From a virus: a DNA stretch of 64,000 bases. This document shows, in pieces, positions 7,581 through 17,398 of this stretch. Under the pieces are notes generated by a model. The model saw only the letters and a list, made by a program, of their open reading frames with translations. It searched no databases and was not told where the DNA came from. Location of the stretch: the IMG/VR virus record IMGVR_UViG_3300028556_000001, positions 9,227 to 73,226 of that record, one strand, 5' to 3'. The stretch's first letter is position 1, and every line of letters begins with the position of its first letter. A program made the position numbers and the translations under genes.

Positions 7581-9152
7581 ATGGCCCTTGACCTCACCTA
7601 CGACGCCACCCAATCCCCGGTCTTCAATAACAAGAACGTGTTGAATCAGATTGGCGTGCCGGGGGATAATACAACGGCAACCGGGGGCGATACCCCGGAA
7701 ATCATCCAAGCCAAGGCCACCACCGCGCTTCTGAATGTCGTGGAAACAGGCGGGGGTGGAGGCGGGGGTAGTCCTACGGGTGCGGCTGGCGGCGATTTGA
7801 CGGGCACCTACCCGAATCCGACCATAAAGCCGTCCGTCAATCTTTTAGGCGTTCCAACAATTACGACAACTCCGGCATTTGGGGATAGCACCACCAAGAT
7901 TGCGGACACCGCGTTCGTGCAGGCTGCTACCGCCGCCATAGTCTCCAGCAGCTCCCCTTACGTGCCGATGAATGGTCTGTTTTATCAGTTTAACAACACG
8001 ACCGGAGGCAACGCCTCTCTAGCCGGGAACACCGCACAGTTGAGCTTCCCCGATAACAAGGTGACTTTCGAGTTGCGCTTCTGGATTGATAGCTTCACTG
8101 GCAACTTCACCCTGATGGACAAATACTTGTCTGGTGCTGGGCAGCGTGAATACCACATTGACATCAACACGGATGGTTCGCTCGCGCTCTCCCTCGGGAC
8201 GGGGTCGGCTGGATTTGGCTTCACTACGGCGGCGGGGACATTTGTGACGGGTCAATGGTATCACATGGCCATACCGATTAGCGGGACGGGCGCATCTGCG
8301 GCCACCGGTTATGTCAACGGCGTGTCCATTCCGGTTATTGGAAGTGCCGGATGGACGGGATTCCCGACTAACGGGAGTGCTCCCATTAACGTTGGGGGTG
8401 ACTGGACAGCCGACTTCCCCGGCGTGATTTCCATTTGCCGGGTGTGGAATCGGGCCCTGTCAGCCGCACAAATCACCCAACTCTATCTTGGCGCACCCAT
8501 CGAATTGTCCGACCAATGGGGCAATCAGACGACGCAGGCATCAGGAACGCTCAAGGGCGTGCAACGGTATCGCATTGTCAACTTCGTGGCGGGGGATAAC
8601 TTTTCCAACCTCGGGGCCACGAATGCCACAGGCAATGAGTTTGTTTGCTCCGGGTTGGGCACGCAGACGCCGACGACTTGGACAAACGGCAGCACCCTGA
8701 AGCCCATCGGCGTAATTCTCGACCTTGAGCCCAACGGCATCCAGCCGTCGCCGGGCCAGTGGCTCGACCATTCCTCCAACCAGATTAACTTCCTGCAAGG
8801 CGCACCCTCCAATGTTCCGGGTAGCAAGGAAATAAACTACATTTTCTCTTCTAAATTCGTGTGGACTCTCACGGCCTCCGGGTATCTTGGGGGTTCCAAC
8901 CGCATTGTCGTTCCGGCCAACTTTATGATAGAGAGCTTGGTGGCCAATGCTGGGAGTTTGGCGGGGGCAACGAAACAGATTTCACTCGGCAATACATCCG
9001 GGGATGTTTCCTATGGAACGTGGACGGTGGCGAACGGCATTCAGGTTTTGAGCGTGCTGAAATATGCCGACACCCAGATTCTCTACATAACCTTTGCCGC
9101 CGGATTGACCGGAACCATTGTTTTCACCGTCAAAGGATATACCACCTCATAA
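7581..9152 (+). CDS. LamG/ConA-like lectin-domain virion protein (head or tail fibre)
   Basis: Gly hinge and AGGDLTGTYPNPT fibre motif, then TFELRFW...GQWYHMA...RVWNRALSAAQITQLY. Confidence 0.8.
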   Translation: MALDLTYDATQSPVFNNKNVLNQIGVPGDNTTATGGDTPEIIQAKATTALLNVVETGGGGGGGSPTGAAGGDLTGTYPNPTIKPSVNLLGVPTITTTPAFGDSTTKIADTAFVQAATAAIVSSSSPYVPMNGLFYQFNNTTGGNASLAGNTAQLSFPDNKVTFELRFWIDSFTGNFTLMDKYLSGAGQREYHIDINTDGSLALSLGTGSAGFGFTTAAGTFVTGQWYHMAIPISGTGASAATGYVNGVSIPVIGSAGWTGFPTNGSAPINVGGDWTADFPGVISICRVWNRALSAAQITQLYLGAPIELSDQWGNQTTQASGTLKGVQRYRIVNFVAGDNFSNLGATNATGNEFVCSGLGTQTPTTWTNGSTLKPIGVILDLEPNGIQPSPGQWLDHSSNQINFLQGAPSNVPGSKEINYIFSSKFVWTLTASGYLGGSNRIVVPANFMIESLVANAGSLAGATKQISLGNTSGDVSYGTWTVANGIQVLSVLKYADTQILYITFAAGLTGTIVFTVKGYTTS

Positions 9153-9153
9153 T

Positions 9154-10455
9154 ATGGCTATTTTAAACAATTCCATGACATCAGCGTCTCTGGCGACGCC
9201 CACCCCGTCTTCATATTGCTTGGCGTTTGACGGCACACAGAACTATACGACGACCCCAGCCAGCAACGCCTTTTCTCCGGCAGGGTCTTTCACGCTGGAA
9301 ATGTGGCTTAATACCAACGATTCTCCCAGTATTGCCATGGGCAACTGGAACGGCAGCAATAAGGGGGTTTTCATGGAAGCTACGGGGAGCGCGGGCTCCT
9401 CCACTCCGCCGGGGTATTTTCGGTGCGGGATGCAATTTACGACCCAAGGATTTTTGGAAATCCTCTATCCTTGGTCGTGGGCTGCCGGATGGAACCACTG
9501 GGCTTTAGTGTGGAACTCAAGTGCGGCTGGGGTCTATCTCTATCAGAATGGCCAACAGGTAGCTATGTCTCCCAATTTTCATATTGGAGATTCCCTCGTC
9601 ACCTCCCCAACGGCCTTTACCCTTGGCCAGATAAACAGCGGATTCGGTTATGCTGCATTTAGCATCGGGCCGGTGCGCCTGTCCAACACCGCCCGTTATC
9701 AAAACAGCTTTCTCCCGGCTTCCTCATGGCCGAGCGATGCAAACACTGTTTTTGTCTATAACATGGCCGCGGGACTGGGCACGACACTCGTGGACGACAC
9801 AGGCAACCACAATGGCACCCTTACAGGTTCCCCGTTGCCGACATGGAGTAATTTTCCGCTCGCCGTGGGGATTTCCTCGCCCAACGGGGTTTCTTTTGGG
9901 GGCGGCCTTTTTAACAATCTACTCTGCGGGGGACTTACGGCCAACTCCACTTCCAGCGTGGAATCCAGCGCTTCCACGGGCAGCTTCACGCAATACATCG
10001 CAGACGTGTTGGATGCGCCATCAATTGACCCCAACCAACGCCTGTTTTACGCCAGCGACGGAACCTCGATAATGATGGACTATAGTTCGGCTCCCCTCAT
10101 TTACTATGCCGACGGCTTGACTCCATTTTTTGACGGCTCCAACAGCAACCTTAATGCGGACAATGGCAACATTTTCCTAAACTTGAGTGGTAATGTCATC
10201 GCCGATTGTGGAGTGGATGGTCATTTTTGCTTGGATGTGGCCAATCGCATCCTTTACGCCGACGACGGCACGACCCATGCGCTGGATTTTTCCAGCCCCA
10301 GCGTGGCAACTTTTGGAGCTACCATAGGGATTGCGGGAACGAGTGGGCCGGGGGCTTCCGTGGGCACGTTGACCAACGCTCCGTCTGTGGGCAATCCGAC
10401 TGCGTGGGTTCCCTTTCAATTCAATGGCGTGACCAAGCACTTTCCCGCTTGGTAG
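9154..10455 (+). CDS. Second LamG-domain virion protein
   Basis: LAFDGT...SFTLEMWL...WNHWALV...VRLSNTARY; repeated RLFYASDGT / RILYADDGT; start placed at ATG 9154. Confidence 0.8.
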   Translation: MAILNNSMTSASLATPTPSSYCLAFDGTQNYTTTPASNAFSPAGSFTLEMWLNTNDSPSIAMGNWNGSNKGVFMEATGSAGSSTPPGYFRCGMQFTTQGFLEILYPWSWAAGWNHWALVWNSSAAGVYLYQNGQQVAMSPNFHIGDSLVTSPTAFTLGQINSGFGYAAFSIGPVRLSNTARYQNSFLPASSWPSDANTVFVYNMAAGLGTTLVDDTGNHNGTLTGSPLPTWSNFPLAVGISSPNGVSFGGGLFNNLLCGGLTANSTSSVESSASTGSFTQYIADVLDAPSIDPNQRLFYASDGTSIMMDYSSAPLIYYADGLTPFFDGSNSNLNADNGNIFLNLSGNVIADCGVDGHFCLDVANRILYADDGTTHALDFSSPSVATFGATIGIAGTSGPGASVGTLTNAPSVGNPTAWVPFQFNGVTKHFPAW

Positions 10456-10465
10456 CCTTTCAAAT

Positions 10466-10795
10466 ATGACTCCAAACAACTACATCAAAACCAGTGGAAA
10501 CTGGTATTTCCCAACTCCAAATCGTTCCACGGTTCCGGGGCCCAACGGCACCATCCTCACAGGTGGCACCGTGCTCAATCCGGTGACTGACGCCGGACAG
10601 GTGGCCGCATTGGAATCGGCACTCGCCTCCATTGACCCCATTCCGGCGGGAGCGGTCATAAGCACCCAAGGAGTGCAGGGGCAAATGACCGCGTCGCAGG
10701 ATTCACCTCCGCTTTATTCCATCCTCCGTGGAGTGGCGTATGTCAATTATGCGGACACCAACGGCAAAAACAGTTCCATCAGGAAACAACTCTAA
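10466..10795 (+). CDS. Hypothetical structural protein
   Basis: In structural operon, matching codon usage. Confidence 0.65.
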   Translation: MTPNNYIKTSGNWYFPTPNRSTVPGPNGTILTGGTVLNPVTDAGQVAALESALASIDPIPAGAVISTQGVQGQMTASQDSPPLYSILRGVAYVNYADTNGKNSSIRKQL

Positions 10796-10813
10796 CCCGT
10801 AGCCGGGCAATCC

Positions 10814-12127
10814 ATGACGCCCGAATCCGAGCGTATAGACAACTGTTGCTGCAACCCCTGTGGGTTCCCCAACAATCAATTTCCGCTTGGACAGCCCCCC
10901 CGCCGCAGGAACCGCCAGTGTGCCGACCCCGCGCAATTCATCGGGCCGCTTAATCAATGCGTGGAGATTCCCTTCTTTGGGAACGACCAGCAGGTTGCGG
11001 TTGCCGGATGTTCTTCCGGGGCCGGGGATGATGTGACAGTCGGAGTTGGCTCCAACACCGTATTCTCACACGAAAGCGTGGATGACGCCAATGTTGCGGC
11101 CTACGAATACGCCCTGCAATCGGCAGAAGCGCAAGTCCAGTGCAACAACCAGTTCTTCTCCGCCGCCCAAACCGCTAACGCGGTGTGTCCCAACGGCCAA
11201 GTCCAGCAATACACTTCCCCTGTGGGAGCGTATGTCTCGCAGGTCTCGCAAGTGGACGCCGACACCCAAGCCTATAATCTGGCGTTTGCCAAGGCCCAAT
11301 CATTGTGCGGCCAGACCGAGGCTCCGTCATTTACCCAGCAGCCATCTTCCGTCTCCATTTTTCAGGGACAATCCGCCACCCTGACCGTGCAAGTTCTCGC
11401 CATTCCAGCCGCCGCCTATCAGTGGTTTTCGGGGCACGCAGGAGACGCCTCCAGTCCTATTCCGGGGGCCACCGGCAGCACTTACATCACCCCCTTGCTT
11501 TCCTCCACGGCCTTCTATTGGGTCATGGCCACGAATGCTGCCGGGAGTGTCAACTCCAGCACGGCCACGGTGACGGTCGCTTCTCCGGCCATTCAAACCC
11601 AACCAACCGGAGGTTCGACCCCCGCCACGCCATCCGGGGTATTTACCCTATCCGTGGTCGTTTCTGGCGCGGTCAATCCGACCTATCAGTGGTATGTTGG
11701 TCTGTCCGGTAACACCTCATCACCCATTGGAGGAGCGACGGGAAGCACCTATAACGCGCCCACAAGCAGCCTTGGGTCAGTCAATTACTGGGTGCAGTTC
11801 ACCAACGCCTACGCGCAGTTGAACTCCACGACGGCGACAGTGACGGCCACCGCCAATCCGCCAGTCATTTCCTCGGTCTTTTGCACGCCACCCAACCCGT
11901 CACCCGATGGCTCCTGCCTGTTTACGGTAGTGGCGACAGGGGTGGGCACACTGGCCTACCAGTGGTATCAGGGGGTTTCGGGGGCGACGACCACTCCCGT
12001 TGGCTTCAACCAAAACACCTATACCGTGGACGTGCCTCTAAGTGGCTCCTTCCCGGTCTGGTGTCGAGTTACCGGCCCCTATGGTTCCGCCGACTCCACC
12101 ACCGTTTACCCCTGCATCGGCTGTTAA
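10814..12127 (+). CDS. Cys-rich DUF5977-like modules plus three Ig-like domains
   Basis: SQVSQVDADTQAYNLA module; three YQW(F/Y).G..G repeats. Confidence 0.8.
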   Translation: MTPESERIDNCCCNPCGFPNNQFPLGQPPRRRNRQCADPAQFIGPLNQCVEIPFFGNDQQVAVAGCSSGAGDDVTVGVGSNTVFSHESVDDANVAAYEYALQSAEAQVQCNNQFFSAAQTANAVCPNGQVQQYTSPVGAYVSQVSQVDADTQAYNLAFAKAQSLCGQTEAPSFTQQPSSVSIFQGQSATLTVQVLAIPAAAYQWFSGHAGDASSPIPGATGSTYITPLLSSTAFYWVMATNAAGSVNSSTATVTVASPAIQTQPTGGSTPATPSGVFTLSVVVSGAVNPTYQWYVGLSGNTSSPIGGATGSTYNAPTSSLGSVNYWVQFTNAYAQLNSTTATVTATANPPVISSVFCTPPNPSPDGSCLFTVVATGVGTLAYQWYQGVSGATTTPVGFNQNTYTVDVPLSGSFPVWCRVTGPYGSADSTTVYPCIGC

Positions 12128-13551
12128 TGATAGCCTCACCCAGACCTCCGACCGCCCATCCCAATGCGGGCTTCATTCCCTTCACGCCCAAATGTGTGGA
12201 GGTGCCTTATGCGTCCCCTCCTGCCGGGCCGAAAGTCTATATCACGGGGCCGGACATCTCTTCAGGGCCGAACGATGTTCCATGTGGAACATCCTACCCC
12301 TACGACCCGCGTAACTTCTCGCTCCTACAGGGAGGCATAGGCTCGAACCAGAACTCGCCCCTCTACGGCAATCGCTTTGTGCAAGTAGATGAGGTTTGTG
12401 CCGCCAATCCGCTCCTGAGCCGAATTGTCGCAGTTCCCCTCAACACCTTCTACGGGACTTCTCAGGCGCAGGCCGATGCCTTGGCGACTCTCGCTGCCAC
12501 ACAGAAAGCCCTGTATCTCCTTCAGCAGCAGGGCTGCAAGGATGTGTTATTCGCCAATACCGACCAGTCCTTTACCGCAACCTGCCAACCGGGAACCATT
12601 GGTGATGCCGTTACCGTCACTATTCCACAAGGCAGTTACTTCTCCCCAATTTCACAGGCTGCGGCAGATGCCTTGGCTGCAACCGTGGCCCACCAACAGG
12701 CTCTTGCCGGGCTTTCCTGCACCCAAGTCCAACTCCCGCAAATCCAGCTTCAACCCGTGGGAGGCCAAATTAACTCCGGGCAGACCTTTACCCTGTTCTC
12801 CGCCGCCTCCGGCGTCCCGGCCCCGACCTATCAGTGGTATCTCGGCAATTCCGGCGACCAGAGCCAGCCCATTGTCGGAGCAAACTTCCCGGCCTATACG
12901 ACCCTCGCGCTTTTGCTTACAAGCTCGTTTTGGGTGCAGGCCGTGAATGCCTATGGGTCGGCCAATTCCAATACGGCTACGGTCATTGTAGGGGCCGCGC
13001 CGACCGCGCCTGTCATCGTCTCCGCCCCGTCAGGCGGAACCGTAAAGCAACCCTCGTCCTTCACTCTCTCGGTCGTGGCCATTGGGACGCCCACTCTGAC
13101 CTACCAGTGGTATCTCGGTTTTACGGGAGACACCACGCAGCCCGTTGCAGGAGCGACCAACAATTCCTACACGATTACGACCAATACGGCCACTCCCGGC
13201 TCCTATAATTACTGGGTGAAGGTGACGAATGGCCTCGGTTCCACCAACAGCCCGACTGCCGTGGTCGTGATTCAAAACAACCCCCCGACCGTGGTGGTGA
13301 CGTGGATACCTCTCTTTCCGCACCCCAGCACGCCCTTCACCCTCACGGCCTCGGTCTCCGGTATTGGGGTTCTCGGCTACCAGTGGTATGTCGGTCTCTC
13401 TGGCGATACATCCAGCCCTATCGTTGGTGCCACCAACTCCAGTCTCCCGCGCACCGCCGGAGGGCCCGGGACAGAACATTTCTGGTGTCAAGTTGCTGGT
13501 CTCTACGGGAATGGCAATTCCAACACCGCCAGCGTAATTGTCCAACCATGA
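12127..13551 (+). CDS. Paralogous DUF5977-like plus three Ig-like domain protein
   Basis: True start ATG 12127 (TAATG overlap); SPISQAAADALA module; three YQWY.G..GD repeats. Confidence 0.8.
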   Translation: MIASPRPPTAHPNAGFIPFTPKCVEVPYASPPAGPKVYITGPDISSGPNDVPCGTSYPYDPRNFSLLQGGIGSNQNSPLYGNRFVQVDEVCAANPLLSRIVAVPLNTFYGTSQAQADALATLAATQKALYLLQQQGCKDVLFANTDQSFTATCQPGTIGDAVTVTIPQGSYFSPISQAAADALAATVAHQQALAGLSCTQVQLPQIQLQPVGGQINSGQTFTLFSAASGVPAPTYQWYLGNSGDQSQPIVGANFPAYTTLALLLTSSFWVQAVNAYGSANSNTATVIVGAAPTAPVIVSAPSGGTVKQPSSFTLSVVAIGTPTLTYQWYLGFTGDTTQPVAGATNNSYTITTNTATPGSYNYWVKVTNGLGSTNSPTAVVVIQNNPPTVVVTWIPLFPHPSTPFTLTASVSGIGVLGYQWYVGLSGDTSSPIVGATNSSLPRTAGGPGTEHFWCQVAGLYGNGNSNTASVIVQP

Positions 13552-13901
13552 CTGCTCGCAGACTAAGCCGCGCCGAACTTCCCGCCGTCTATGAATCGCC
13601 GGGGAATGTCTCCGTGCGTAACCATCCGCCCTCCGTGGGCATGATGGCGGTGAATCTCATACGCTCGATTGGCACCGTGGCTTACGAAGCGGCGGTCAAT
13701 GGCCTGCCCGTGGATGTTCCCGATGCCATCTTCGACCAGCGCATTGCGGTCTGCCAAGGGTGCTCTCACTTCGACCGCCTTGGAGGAAAGTGCAACATCT
13801 GTGGCTGTTCCGCCAAGCGCAAGATGCGCCTCTCGGCCATGAAGTGCCCACTCCCCACCCCCAAGTGGAAAGCATGGGACGGCAAAAGCTCGACAATTTA
13901 A
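13548..13901 (+). CDS. Small Cys-rich protein (DUF6171-like)
   Basis: RIAVCQGCSHF....CNICGC...K.RLSAMKCP...KW; ATGA overlap at 13548. Confidence 0.7.
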   Translation: MTARRLSRAELPAVYESPGNVSVRNHPPSVGMMAVNLIRSIGTVAYEAAVNGLPVDVPDAIFDQRIAVCQGCSHFDRLGGKCNICGCSAKRKMRLSAMKCPLPTPKWKAWDGKSSTI

Positions 13902-13940
13902 CGCCAAACCGTTAATCCTCAATCAACCCTCAATTCACCT

Positions 13941-14342
13941 ATGAAAAACTCGTCCACGTCAGGTCTGAAATGGATGCCGCTGGGCTCCAAGCCCAAGATG
14001 TCCACCGACAGCGCGGCTCCCGCGCCGCCGAAACCGCATTACCCAATGCTCTCCGTCACCCACGAAATGCCCGCGTCCAAGCCCGATGCCGGGCATCCGA
14101 TTCCGATGGGCATGTCGCACATGATGGTCAAGGTCAACAAGGTCGGCCACAAGGTCAACCCGGATGGCTCGACCACGCACGACATGGAGGTGCATGAAAT
14201 GGCTCCCGTGGCGATGGACAGTTCGCCCAAGTCCGCGCCGTCTTCTCCCCAGCCCGTGCCGCAGATGAAGTCCGCGATGGATGGAGTCGAGCAGGCGGTG
14301 AAGGACAAGATGCAGGCCAAAATGCGGGCGAGAATGGGTTAA
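13941..14342 (+). CDS. Met/Pro/His-rich hypothetical protein
   Basis: Clean ORF in the structural operon. Confidence 0.65.
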   Translation: MKNSSTSGLKWMPLGSKPKMSTDSAAPAPPKPHYPMLSVTHEMPASKPDAGHPIPMGMSHMMVKVNKVGHKVNPDGSTTHDMEVHEMAPVAMDSSPKSAPSSPQPVPQMKSAMDGVEQAVKDKMQAKMRARMG

Positions 14343-14348
14343 TTTCCT

Positions 14349-15359
14349 ATGATTGTCAGCGACGTTTGGTATGATGCGAGGGACATCTTCGGGAACTGCA
14401 ATCCCGATGTTCTCTTGGCACGCATATCCGACGCCATCGAATTGCTGTCAGCCAAGGCGAGTCCCGGCTGGGATGCGAACCTAGCGGAAATGTCGCTCTG
14501 CACCTGTGAGTCGTATGTCACCCTCCCCTACGATGTCGGCACGCCCCTCGCAGTCTCGGCCAACGGTGTTCCGAGCATTGCGCGGGACAAGTGGTATATC
14601 TACCACATCAACGGCACGGGGCCGAAAGGCTGGGTTCCGGCGGGGTTTTGGGACGACGCGGGAGAGCGGCCCATCATCCGCGAAATCAAAGTCCCCTCCA
14701 AGCTCCTTGTAACCCTCCAATTCGCCACCGACCAGAACAAGGCATTCTGGGTGTATGGCACGGACATCAACGGCACGCCGCTTATCACGCTCAATCAGGA
14801 CGGGACGACCACGCCGGGCATCAACCTGCTTCAGAATTACAATCCGGCGGTGGCGACCGACGTGTATGTAAAATGGATTGACCGGATTGTGCGTGAGCCG
14901 ACCAACGGGTTCGTGAAGCTCTGGGCGGTGGATACCGTGGACAACCTCGGAACCCTGCTGGGCCACTATGAGCCGCAGGAGACGCAGCCGATGTATCGGC
15001 GTGTGAGGTTCCCCTGCAAATCCCAGATACGGATGCGTTACCGTCGCAAGACTCTTCGGGTTTCGGGCCTCAACGACTTCATCCCCTTGGACTCCCGCTT
15101 CGCCCTCCAGATGATGATGCAGGCGGTGTTCTACTACCGGAACAAGAACTTCGCGGAGGCCGCGCCCTTTGAAATCAAGGCCGTGCAGTTCGCTCAGGAG
15201 GAGCAGAAAGCGAGGAACGCCATTTCCGGCATAGGCATGCAAGTGAATGTCTGCGACGGAGCGCAGAATGCGAGTCTCTATGGGTATCCCGCCTCGGACA
15301 CCGTAGGGTATCCGGGAGGCTACGGCCCCTACTATGGAGGCTCCGGTTACGGAGGTTAG
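14349..15359 (+). CDS. Probable head-tail adaptor (tail tubular A-like)
   Basis: Position before the nozzle gene; helical N- and C-termini around a beta-rich core. Confidence 0.55.
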   Translation: MIVSDVWYDARDIFGNCNPDVLLARISDAIELLSAKASPGWDANLAEMSLCTCESYVTLPYDVGTPLAVSANGVPSIARDKWYIYHINGTGPKGWVPAGFWDDAGERPIIREIKVPSKLLVTLQFATDQNKAFWVYGTDINGTPLITLNQDGTTTPGINLLQNYNPAVATDVYVKWIDRIVREPTNGFVKLWAVDTVDNLGTLLGHYEPQETQPMYRRVRFPCKSQIRMRYRRKTLRVSGLNDFIPLDSRFALQMMMQAVFYYRNKNFAEAAPFEIKAVQFAQEEQKARNAISGIGMQVNVCDGAQNASLYGYPASDTVGYPGGYGPYYGGSGYGG

Positions 15360-15361
15360 CC

Positions 15362-17350
15362 ATGCCCGCAGCCGCACCCATTACCGGACAAGTGGAGGAT
15401 GGAGCCTTCTATTTCGGGGGTGGCATGGACTCCTGCACGAACCCCCTGCAACTCACGCAGGACAAGTATGTCTTTGGCGAGAACGTAAGCTGCCGGGGTG
15501 GACTACTTCAAAACCGTCCGGGTTACGCCTCCATTTTTGGACTGCCGTGCGGGAATCTCCAAGGTTTCTTTTTCTTCCAGCCCTTCAACGGCCATCCCCA
15601 ATTTCTCGCCGCCGTGGACGGCCTCATCTACGTCAGCCCCGCGCCCTTCACTTCGTATTACCAGATTCCGGGCATCAAGTTCTACGCCAAAGCCAAGTAT
15701 ATCGCATGGGCGCAGTGTGTCCAGACAGCCACCTATGACGCGGATGGCAAGAAAACCATTTTGAATCCCCCCGTGCCGATGGTCGTCATGCAGGATGGGT
15801 TTTCCAGAGCGGCCTACTGGGATGGCGGACAGGGACGGCACTTGAATCCCACTCCCTCCGGCGTGACCGACCCGACCTCCGGGGATGTCATCGTCGCACC
15901 CGGCACTTACGAGACCGTCATGGGCCTGTGGATGGCATGGGCCGGAAACAGACTGTGGGTTTCACGCGGGAATCAGGTGTTCGCTTCCGACATCGGCGAC
16001 CCCCTGCATTTCTCGGAACAGGTCTATCTCTCGAACCTCAACAGCTTCTCCTTCCCTGACACCGTAACGGGACTGGTGCAACCCTACGCCGACGCCTCAC
16101 TCATCATCTTCACCAACCGCACCTTCTCTTTCTTGCAAGCCGGGATTCAGGACAGGACGCAATGGGCAACCACGAATGACTTTCAAGTGGATTACTATTG
16201 GACGGGCTGCGTGTCCCATCGTTCCATCGCCCGCCAAGGAGGGTTGACGTGGTGGTATTCTCCCGGTGGCTGGATAAACCTGAATCAAGCCCAGAGCCAG
16301 ACCATCAACTCCATCGTGCAATACGCTGACCAGCCGATGGCGTATTCCAAGTATTACCTGTCCCCGGATTTAACGGGCGTAGCTTCCTGCGCGTTCGAGC
16401 AGTATATTGTGCTCTCGGTTCCGTCCGGGGATGTAAAGAACAGCCACACTTGGGCCTTGGACTTCTCCCAGCCGAATAATCAATACACACCGCCAAGATG
16501 GGAAGGCATCTGGACAGGCACGCGCCCCGTGGAGTGGGGGGCCGGGGTCGTCAATGGCAAGCAGCGGTGTTTCTACGCCTCCTGTGATTATGATGGGGTG
16601 AATCGCATTTGGGAGGCATTTCTGCCGGACAGGACGGACAATGGCCAGCCCATTACTTGCGCGGTGCAGCATCGGTATTTCAATTTTGCGCTCGCCAACC
16701 CCGACAATCTCAAGGACTTCCTGTTCTACCGGCTGGAGATTGCGGAGATGCTGGGCACGGTGGATATTCTCGGCATGTTCGCGGGCACAAAAGGAGCCTA
16801 CCAGAAAAACCTGACCAAGCGCATGAACGCCACGACGGGGATTTTCGGTGCGGTTTCGCCGTTGAACGCCAAACAAACCCTGTTGGGCTACAAGCCACAA
16901 ACTCGCCTCATCTCCTCGACCAACACCGACAACAATGACACGGAATGCAATCAGTGTGGAGTGGAGTCGCCAATTTATTCGTGGTATCGGGACAGGGCAT
17001 TCTCGCCCCTGATTATCTGGTCGGGGAGGATGGGGTTGCAGGGCATCCGTCTGTTTGCCAACGCCATCTCCTACGACAAGCAGCAGGGTATTTGTGAGGA
17101 GGACGAGAACCAGCCGCACACCCTGAATACGTTTGGCTGCGAGGCATTGCAGTTGGATGTCACGACCGCCAATTTCACCACCTACACCTCGACGGCCACC
17201 GTCACCCAAGGTTGCCCCACGGGAGCCTACGGCACCGCCCCCATGCCGGGAACCGCGACCGCTTCCTCGATTATTTCACAGGAGAACGCCGCTCTTCTGG
17301 CTGTGCTGCAAGCCTCTCAGGATGCCGCCGACCGTCTCCAATGCTATTAG
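15362..17350 (+). CDS. Probable tail nozzle / stabilisation protein (P22 gp10 or T7 gp12 analogue)
   Basis: FGGGMDS start, beta-propeller-like repeats (WAGNRLWVSRGNQVFASDIGDP), 662 aa. Confidence 0.7.
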   Translation: MPAAAPITGQVEDGAFYFGGGMDSCTNPLQLTQDKYVFGENVSCRGGLLQNRPGYASIFGLPCGNLQGFFFFQPFNGHPQFLAAVDGLIYVSPAPFTSYYQIPGIKFYAKAKYIAWAQCVQTATYDADGKKTILNPPVPMVVMQDGFSRAAYWDGGQGRHLNPTPSGVTDPTSGDVIVAPGTYETVMGLWMAWAGNRLWVSRGNQVFASDIGDPLHFSEQVYLSNLNSFSFPDTVTGLVQPYADASLIIFTNRTFSFLQAGIQDRTQWATTNDFQVDYYWTGCVSHRSIARQGGLTWWYSPGGWINLNQAQSQTINSIVQYADQPMAYSKYYLSPDLTGVASCAFEQYIVLSVPSGDVKNSHTWALDFSQPNNQYTPPRWEGIWTGTRPVEWGAGVVNGKQRCFYASCDYDGVNRIWEAFLPDRTDNGQPITCAVQHRYFNFALANPDNLKDFLFYRLEIAEMLGTVDILGMFAGTKGAYQKNLTKRMNATTGIFGAVSPLNAKQTLLGYKPQTRLISSTNTDNNDTECNQCGVESPIYSWYRDRAFSPLIIWSGRMGLQGIRLFANAISYDKQQGICEEDENQPHTLNTFGCEALQLDVTTANFTTYTSTATVTQGCPTGAYGTAPMPGTATASSIISQENAALLAVLQASQDAADRLQCY

Positions 17351-17398
17351 TCTCGCTTATACATTGCATTTTATTTTTCTTTTCGCAGAATACACCCC

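Noticed and set aside
7581-13551. Diversity-generating retroelement acting on Ig/LamG proteins
   Set aside because: No reverse transcriptase in the window, and I saw no near-identical repeat pair differing at adenines; Ig repeats are diverged throughout
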